From positions 16,186 through 80,185 of the IMG/VR virus record IMGVR_UViG_3300009514_000016: DNA of 64,000 bases; one strand, written 5' to 3'. Shown piece by piece: positions 57,712 to 64,000 of the stretch; position 1 is the stretch's first letter; each line of letters begins with the position of its first letter. Below the pieces are notes generated by a model, which saw only the letters and a program-made list of their open reading frames with translations, made no database searches and was not told where the DNA came from. The stretch is from a virus. The position numbers and the translations under genes are program-made.

Positions 57712-58263
57712 TTATATTTCCAGCATTGAGTACGGATCATCTTTAGTCATAACCTTTAAAACTAGATCATGCTTTTCTTTATCTGATTTATATTTTTCGA
57801 TGATAGGTTCTTTATTTTTATATTCTTCTGATTTTGAATTAGTGTTGAAACTATTTAAATATTGAGTATACTTCGCAATATGTCCTTGCCATTCAGCGAC
57901 GTAACTATCATACTTTGATGCTTTTATTTTGATTCCTAAAATATAGTATTCTTTGCTCCCTCCAGATGAAAACCATGCAGGCCCATCTTCTCTGTGAATA
58001 TACCCTGACGCAGTTCTATAGGTAGTTGTGTCTAAAGTTGTCGTTACATGCGTTGTTTGCGGAGTGGACGGTATGACGATTAGGCCAGTGCCACACTTCA
58101 TAGATTTAAAGTTTTTCATTTCATAGATAATAAAGATAATAAACAAAAATACTGTTGCAAGATATGCGATGCTTACTGTAACAGCGTCAAAAAATATGAG
58201 GCCCAAAGGAAAAGTGAAAAACAATATGTTAGGAATTTTATCTCTTATCTTTTGCGCTATCAT
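57712..58263 (-). CDS. Membrane protein with HREDGPA repeat and LEI tag
   Basis: Start MIAQK with AGGAG SD; two TM segments; ends PYSMLEI. Confidence 0.7.
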   Translation of the reverse strand: MIAQKIRDKIPNILFFTFPLGLIFFDAVTVSIAYLATVFLFIIFIIYEMKNFKSMKCGTGLIVIPSTPQTTHVTTTLDTTTYRTASGYIHREDGPAWFSSGGSKEYYILGIKIKASKYDSYVAEWQGHIAKYTQYLNSFNTNSKSEEYKNKEPIIEKYKSDKEKHDLVLKVMTKDDPYSMLEI

Positions 58264-58386
58264 GTTAGATCTCCTAAAAGTATGCATTCCATTATACATG
58301 ATCATTGTGTTTGTTCCTAATTCCGCCCAAAAATAAAGCAAATCAAATAAACAGGAAATTTATAATCCAAAAAGAAATAATCCCTT

Positions 58387-58989
58387 ATGAACAATTGGTA
58401 TAATAAATTCCACAAAATATCTCAACAAAACTGGATGCAAAATATCCAAGAACAATCCAGCGTAGATGGGAATATAGGGCAAGAAGAAGAATTATCTGAA
58501 ATTCACTCAAAAAGCTACAAAATGAAAAAGAATGCTGCCGCTTTTGAGATAGCCGGAGCCGTGTTCCTTATAACAAATATCTTGATCGCTCTCAAGTATA
58601 GTGTGACTGACTCAATTGATCCAGAAACTCTAAATCGAATTGATGATCAGGCCGAAAAAGAAAAGATAGCAAGAAATAAAATTCAAATATTTGACAAATT
58701 ATCTAAACAATTATTCAATCTCGTGCATAGTCTAAATATGCTCATTGATGATGATAGTAATGTTAGAGAACAGATAATGGAATATGCCAAAATAGCTAAA
58801 AGCACTAGCATAGATTATGAGAATTTAGTTTTAGATGGAAAGTCCCTGCCAACTGAAACCCACCGAAAAGAAGATAGTTTGAAAAATGTTATGCCAAATA
58901 TGTTAGACAGACTAAAAAATAAACTGGAAGAATTCCATGCAAAAGGCGATGAAGTTGCAGGGAAAGCGTTGTCGCAAATTCCACAGTAA
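58387..58989 (+). CDS. NWY-tagged protein with one hydrophobic segment
   Basis: MNNWYNKFHKISQ; KKNAA then a hydrophobic helix; isolated + strand gene with late-type promoter. Confidence 0.72.
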   Translation: MNNWYNKFHKISQQNWMQNIQEQSSVDGNIGQEEELSEIHSKSYKMKKNAAAFEIAGAVFLITNILIALKYSVTDSIDPETLNRIDDQAEKEKIARNKIQIFDKLSKQLFNLVHSLNMLIDDDSNVREQIMEYAKIAKSTSIDYENLVLDGKSLPTETHRKEDSLKNVMPNMLDRLKNKLEEFHAKGDEVAGKALSQIPQ

Positions 58990-58990
58990 T

Positions 58991-59683
58991 TTATATCTCT
59001 AATCCTGAATATGGATTATCATATAATTGTTTGTCCAAGATATCTGCTTCTACTAAATTCTTTTTGCTCACAATCAATTTATCACTGTAATTATTATCAA
59101 CAATATCTTGCACCCTGATATTGTCGTCAACATATTTGTTCTTAGGAATATACCATTGACGCTTTTTCATGAATTCTTTGGCATAATGCATATCAAGCCA
59201 TCTGTTTGTAAAGAAATCAACCAAATCTGAATACTGAAAAACACAAAGTGTGCGCTCTATTTTATAGAGAAAACCATCTGTCGGAATTCCAAGGTGAGTC
59301 AACTTTGCCTTGTGATCGTATTCCATTTTATCTTTGTGCAATTGCCACAAAAATCCACCAATGTTATAAAAAATACTTTCATCACTTCCATTGTCCCTGT
59401 GACCTTCTGGAATTTTATCTAATTTTTCATTTATCTCTTTAACCGTTGGTATCAAATTGGAACTTAGGTCGCATTCGGTGTTGGATGATCCGTCTTCAAC
59501 AGTCAAAACTTTGCCTAATAGATTTTTATTATTATTGTGAGTGAAGCTAATTTCAATTCTAAATTGAGATGAACACGCTGTAGTTATCTTAGTTTGACAT
59601 GCTGGTGATAGATTTTTCATAAATTCATCAAGAGTGTATCTTTTCCAATTTGGGTCGTAGCCCCAATAATATAAATTGCCCAT
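58991..59683 (-). CDS. Hypothetical protein with LEI tag
   Basis: Ends NPYSGLEI. Confidence 0.72.
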   Translation of the reverse strand: MGNLYYWGYDPNWKRYTLDEFMKNLSPACQTKITTACSSQFRIEISFTHNNNKNLLGKVLTVEDGSSNTECDLSSNLIPTVKEINEKLDKIPEGHRDNGSDESIFYNIGGFLWQLHKDKMEYDHKAKLTHLGIPTDGFLYKIERTLCVFQYSDLVDFFTNRWLDMHYAKEFMKKRQWYIPKNKYVDDNIRVQDIVDNNYSDKLIVSKKNLVEADILDKQLYDNPYSGLEI

Positions 59684-60144
59684 TATATCTCCAATCCTGA
59701 GTAAGGATCTCTCTTTGTGACAATGAATTTTTTGTCTTCGATATAACTGCCATAAATAATAGTCTCAAAGTCTTGTTTGCTAAAACATTTTCCACCAATA
59801 TAGTAATGATTTTCTTCGCCCACCATAACCGCAGGGCCATCCAATCTGTGGATCTTGCCGCAAACAAAAAAGAGTCTACTATCTGCTGCCCAAAACGATA
59901 CATTAGATTCTAAAATATGAGGAAACTCAGAAATAACTGGAATCTCCTGAGCTACCAACAATGCTGGACCTCCAACCCTGTGCCGAACCCCATTGAGCCA
60001 CCACTCCTCAGAGCCATTGTCCCACACAACTGCTGGCCCACCTTCTCTGTGAATCCTTCCGTTATCATCATAATAAGTTTTATACTGAGGAGATTTCATG
60101 AACTGAGAAAAGAAATCATAGCCCAAGTTATCAAAATTAAACAA
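59683..60144 (-). CDS. HRxDGPA-repeat protein with LEI tag
   Basis: Three HRxxGPA repeats; ends DPYSGLEI. Confidence 0.75.
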   Translation of the reverse strand: MFNFDNLGYDFFSQFMKSPQYKTYYDDNGRIHREGGPAVVWDNGSEEWWLNGVRHRVGGPALLVAQEIPVISEFPHILESNVSFWAADSRLFFVCGKIHRLDGPAVMVGEENHYYIGGKCFSKQDFETIIYGSYIEDKKFIVTKRDPYSGLEI

Positions 60145-60146
60145 CT

Positions 60147-60623
60147 CTAAATCTCCAATAACTCATATGGGTTTCTAGGATGAGCAAGCTGAATCTCTCC
60201 AGCAATTTTTTGAACAATGCCGTGTTTGGCCTTATAGGATTCTGCGGATTTTTTATATCTTCCCATATCTACAGTGTCTATTATTTCATTGCGCGATCCA
60301 AAATAAGCACCGTCAACATAATAATAAGCAGATCGGACAATTGGCTTTCCTTGATCTTGACGGTCAACTCTCTGAATCGCAGGGCCATCGACATTGTGAT
60401 ACAACCCATTTTTGTAGTATTTGTAAAAATAGAAGAACTCATTCTTTATTTCCACATAAGCAGGGCCATTATCTCTGTGAAGTTTTCCATTTTTATGCCA
60501 AGTTCTTATTGATGTATTTTGACCTGAAAATTGCAATGAAGATGGCTCATCATTAAAGCTGTGCAATTTCCCATCGTCATTATAGGTTCTAATACCGCCA
60601 TTTTTAAACGTTTTCTTTTTCAT
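60147..60623 (-). CDS. HRxDGPA-repeat protein with LEI tag
   Basis: LHSFNDEPS, LHRDNGPA, YHNVDGPA; ends NPYELLEI. Confidence 0.75.
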   Translation of the reverse strand: MKKKTFKNGGIRTYNDDGKLHSFNDEPSSLQFSGQNTSIRTWHKNGKLHRDNGPAYVEIKNEFFYFYKYYKNGLYHNVDGPAIQRVDRQDQGKPIVRSAYYYVDGAYFGSRNEIIDTVDMGRYKKSAESYKAKHGIVQKIAGEIQLAHPRNPYELLEI

Positions 60624-60697
60624 ATCTCTAACATTTCAAATGCAAATAACCCCATGTTTGAAACATAGGGCCATTATACATGAGAATACTATTAGTC

Positions 60698-62239
60698 CTA
60701 TATCTCTTTGGGATTTATATCTTCGCTAAACATTAGCTGATCAAAATACGCCCCTAGATCATCAATAAATCTGGCATATTGAATGTCATTCATATTGCGG
60801 ATTTCATAACTAGACATTGCATTTGGTCTGTATAACGCTTGTTTAATTATTTCTTCAGGAAAGCCAATTTTTTGATAGAATCCCTCTAACAATCCGCGCT
60901 CAAATTTGTCTGGGTACTCTGTGTATGATATGGTTTTAGAGTCTTTATCCAAATAAGCGACATAAGTTTTAGATGAAGCAGGATCAAAAACAATAGGAGG
61001 CGTAATTAACGCGATATCAAATAAAGCAGCTAGTTCTGGCCTGCTCAATTCATTAATCGGTTTGGTTTTTTCATACATCTCTATAAATGTCTGGTCATTC
61101 ATATCTCTGACTGGCATGTCCCCATATCCATGCTGAGCATACAACTCCTGCAACATGGCCTGCTCTTGGGGACTCAACTCCCTATCAACTCCAGCGCATC
61201 CAGTGCTCAGAGTGCATGCTCCAATCATTATTAACAAAGCAGCAGCCCATTTCCTAACTGATTGGGCAGCATTCCCAAACATGCCTTTCAATTTATCAAA
61301 CCATCCTGTTTGTTTCGCTGTGTTCTCAACTGCAGAAACATCTTGAGGAGTGCTCTCGCCGTTTTCTGCAATCTTTTTCAGCCGCGAAATATATGAACTA
61401 GACAAAATAACTATTGATGGCTTAGACTTACTAACTAACAAATCCAATTTGTCAGCCTCCTCATGCAATCCTAGTTTATCCAATTTATTCGCAATTCTCA
61501 CAAGCTCGCTTAACACTGAAGCTCTGACTGGATATTTGCCGCCTCTTGGGATTTCCGCATGGTGCTCGTCTATTAGTCTCATTAGTTCCTCTCTGATATT
61601 TTCTTTATTAGATAACATTTCAGGAGTAACTGGCTTCCACACTTCACGCAACTTCCAGTTTTCTTCATCTGATCGGTCAATGTCAGGCATTAATGCCAAT
61701 TCTGATTTCTCTTGCTGAAATATCGGTTTTATTTTGAGTGCAGGCTCTTCTGGAAGCGGAGTAGCGCTTCCGCTTTCATCATAATTTTCTAGATACTCCA
61801 TCCATTTTTTATGATCTTCAATTTCTTCTGGAGTTGATTTGCGCTCTTTGATGTTGGGGTCATTAAATACAGTTACATACCCGCCATCGATGACTTTTTT
61901 AGTTTCTTTCGACCATTCATCGCGTTTATTATACTGAATAAGAGATATGCCTTGGTTAACTGAGTATAAGTAAGCAGGTCCATTGTCTCTGTGAATCATG
62001 TCGTCAACCCACCACACTAATTCTTTAATGCCTTCCCACAAATCTAAAGCCGCTGGTTTATCTCCGTCCCTGTGTTTTAATCCGTTTTTATAGTAAACTG
62101 TCGATCCGTTTTTCTCAATATAGGCCGGAAGATCGCCATCCCTATGGAGTTCCCCTTGTTCGTTTTTCCACTGTTTAGTTCCACGGCCAGTCACTGCGTC
62201 AGGATTCGCATTTACGGGATCGTTATAAGGATTTTCCAC
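60698..62239 (-). CDS. Multidomain protein: HRDGDxPA repeats, LxRIAxKLD motif, internal hydrophobic segment
   Basis: LHRDGDLPA/KHRDGDKPA; SELVRIANKLDKLGLHEEADKLD; LKKIAE; WAAALLIMIGACTLSTGC. Confidence 0.72.
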   Translation of the reverse strand: MENPYNDPVNANPDAVTGRGTKQWKNEQGELHRDGDLPAYIEKNGSTVYYKNGLKHRDGDKPAALDLWEGIKELVWWVDDMIHRDNGPAYLYSVNQGISLIQYNKRDEWSKETKKVIDGGYVTVFNDPNIKERKSTPEEIEDHKKWMEYLENYDESGSATPLPEEPALKIKPIFQQEKSELALMPDIDRSDEENWKLREVWKPVTPEMLSNKENIREELMRLIDEHHAEIPRGGKYPVRASVLSELVRIANKLDKLGLHEEADKLDLLVSKSKPSIVILSSSYISRLKKIAENGESTPQDVSAVENTAKQTGWFDKLKGMFGNAAQSVRKWAAALLIMIGACTLSTGCAGVDRELSPQEQAMLQELYAQHGYGDMPVRDMNDQTFIEMYEKTKPINELSRPELAALFDIALITPPIVFDPASSKTYVAYLDKDSKTISYTEYPDKFERGLLEGFYQKIGFPEEIIKQALYRPNAMSSYEIRNMNDIQYARFIDDLGAYFDQLMFSEDINPKEI

Positions 62240-62566
62240 GAGACCAGTTCTCCATAAGGTTTTTATTCTATTTGTTTCTTTTTCCTAAGAATTCCTACAT
62301 ATTTTCACAAGATCTCCCAGTTCACAATTTTTTTGAGACCTATTTTTTTCAACTATGTTTTTTGCAATTTTAGACAATTATTCCACAACTCTAAAAATGC
62401 TGAAAATAACCACTTTTCGGCCAATCCCTTTTTCTTCAATTTCCAACAATTATTGCAATCCATTCCAGAAAAGGAAAGAAACCAAATCAGCCGAAAATAA
62501 AGATAACCTAAAAGAACTAGGAAACGAACAAATAATCAAAACCATAAATAAATTAGAACTAATATA

Positions 62567-63415
62567 ATGAACTGGATCCATAGATTCAAAGCTGCCCAAA
62601 TAACTCCGCATATGCAGGATTTCCATGATATTCTAGCTGTGGCAGCCGATATATTAGCCGAAAAAGGCCATACTGAATATGAATCCCAAGATATAACAGA
62701 TTTAATAAATAGTATAGAACCAATTGTGCGCCAAATAGTTGAACCACAAATAGCCAACCTAGAACAAGAAGTGCGAGACACGCTAAATAACCCTCCTCCT
62801 CGACCAGAAGAAGAAATACATCCAAATCAAATGCCTTCATATGAACCGCTGAAAGTAAAAGATATTGATATAGATAAAAATGTATCCATAGAAGTCTATG
62901 TAGAAAATAGTATCATGCCTGAACCAGATATTAGATTCGAATTAGACGGAGAATCATCTTTTTTGTATCTTCCATACAATGAAGAATTAGGATTAATAGA
63001 GCCATTCTCTGAAGATACAAAAAACAAAATATTCTCCCATATATTCTATCTAATAAAATACCATATCAATATGAATAGCGATACAATAAGTCAATTGCTG
63101 CAACGAAAAGATATGTACCCAGAAACTTATACTACAAATCAGGGGCTCCAAAAACTAATAGGAGAATTCAACCACCGAATCATACGCAATAGACGATCTA
63201 CTAGATCGCCATATAATAGACTTCTGTACCTAAAAGATGAATATCTAATAAATGTGCTAGAAAAATATGTCCCTGATAAAGTCGGCACAATTAGAAGCGG
63301 ACCATTTGATGGGATAAAAAATATAACCTATGAAGGAATAATGAGTCTACCTCAACCTGTGCTAATACATGTAATAAACTATATGAAAGACAAGATTAAT
63401 GGAAGTAAACAATGA
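62567..63415 (+). CDS. NW-tagged protein, paralogue of 3380..4357
   Basis: MNWIHRFKAAQ; AEKGH; GIMSLPQPVLIHVINYM. Confidence 0.78.
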   Translation: MNWIHRFKAAQITPHMQDFHDILAVAADILAEKGHTEYESQDITDLINSIEPIVRQIVEPQIANLEQEVRDTLNNPPPRPEEEIHPNQMPSYEPLKVKDIDIDKNVSIEVYVENSIMPEPDIRFELDGESSFLYLPYNEELGLIEPFSEDTKNKIFSHIFYLIKYHINMNSDTISQLLQRKDMYPETYTTNQGLQKLIGEFNHRIIRNRRSTRSPYNRLLYLKDEYLINVLEKYVPDKVGTIRSGPFDGIKNITYEGIMSLPQPVLIHVINYMKDKINGSKQ

Positions 63416-63714
63416 ACTGGTTAGATAAACTATACAATCAAATACGCAATAAACCTACACAAGAAGTAGATGACACCACAAAAGCAATGAGACAACAACG
63501 CAAAGCAGAGTTCTATGAGGCTTTGCCTAATGTCCCAGAAGAACATCGTGAAAAACTTGAAAAACTATTCAATGATACAGTAATGCGTGAATCTGGAGTG
63601 AATTGCCGATGCACGGGAGAAATGCTCCCTCTTGTAAAAATAACAGGATATGAATTAGGAATCAAACACCCAAAAGATCCAAATCCATTCTATTATGCAA
63701 TAGAGAGACAATAA
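63412..63714 (+). CDS. Small protein with NW-type N-terminus
   Basis: MNWLDKLYNQ; ATGA-type overlap with the upstream gene. Confidence 0.6.
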   Translation: MNWLDKLYNQIRNKPTQEVDDTTKAMRQQRKAEFYEALPNVPEEHREKLEKLFNDTVMRESGVNCRCTGEMLPLVKITGYELGIKHPKDPNPFYYAIERQ

Positions 63715-63720
63715 ATAAAA

Positions 63721-64000
63721 ATGAATAATTGGTATCTTAAATTCAATAAAACAGGCCAAAATTCTAATCCTTACAATCACCCTGATAACCAGGATTTCAC
63801 AGAAATAGATTCTGCTGGATGTAAGATTTGGAGAAATTCTGCAGGAAAAATCCACAGGGATGGCGACAAACCTGCCTATATTTATCCTGATGGATCAGCA
63901 TTTTATTACAAAGAAGATAAGCTTCACAGAGAAGGAGATAAGCCTGCTGTAATTTGGCCCAATGGAACAGTAGAGTATTTCAAAAACAATAAGCTTCACA
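63721..64000 (+). CDS. NWY-tagged HRDGDKPA-repeat protein (partial, runs off the window; absent from the ORF track)
   Basis: Manual translation: MNNWYLKFNKTGQNSNPYNHPDNQDFTEIDSAGCKIWRNSAGKIHRDGDKPAYIYPDGSAFYYKEDKLHREGDKPAVIWPNG... Confidence 0.85.
   Translation, partial: MNNWYLKFNKTGQNSNPYNHPDNQDFTEIDSAGCKIWRNSAGKIHRDGDKPAYIYPDGSAFYYKEDKLHREGDKPAVIWPNGTVEYFKNNKLH

Noticed and set aside
59670-59700. LEI tail as a by-product of a GGAG SD plus overlapping start (TTG GAG ATA TAA TG)
   Set aside because: Fits this junction, but most copies use GAA or TTA GAG (no GGAG), some end convergently with no downstream gene (4354, 58991), and the aromatic residue at -6 would be unexplained.
62240-62566. 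tRNA or structured ncRNA in the larger intergenic gaps (also 9146-9410)
   Set aside because: No cloverleaf or T-loop consensus recognised; the AT-rich sequence is consistent with divergent promoters.
1-64000. Alternative genetic code (stop-codon reassignment)
   Set aside because: Long conserved genes are intact in code 11, and TAA, TAG and TGA all terminate genes at sensible positions, including right after the LEI tag.

Overview
AT-rich 64-kb segment of a large (jumbo-type) tailed dsDNA bacteriophage. It carries the head-morphogenesis and packaging region, mostly on the minus strand: HK97-type major capsid protein, probable capsid cement protein, a 1761-aa prohead protease/scaffold fusion, a portal with a C-terminal DUF559/Vsr-like nuclease domain, about 15 acidic low-complexity putative head proteins, and a terminase large subunit. 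Accessory genes include groES/groEL, an McsA-like protein, Hsp20 behind a sigma54-type promoter, a CCA-adding enzyme, a SufU-type scaffold, two DNA methyltransferases, HNH and Vsr-like nucleases, a SLOG/DprA-like protein, a 2OG-Fe(II) oxygenase, several 'LHREDGPA'-repeat proteins and a solo TnpB element. No tail genes, tRNAs or CRISPR array were recognised. The most striking unexplained signal is an apparent two-class peptide address code. (1) Fifteen otherwise unrelated proteins end in [YFW]-x-x-L-E-I-COOH or a close variant, and most lie behind a GTATAAT sigma70-like promoter. (2) A separate set of proteins, including the CCA-adding enzyme, starts with or contains an 'NNWYxKFxKxAQ' or '[FW]NxK...KxA' motif resembling a capsid-targeting plus prohead-protease cleavage signal, and many lie behind an AGG[A/T]-N16-nn(A/T)AAT putative late promoter. 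All family assignments are by motif recognition only; no searches were run.
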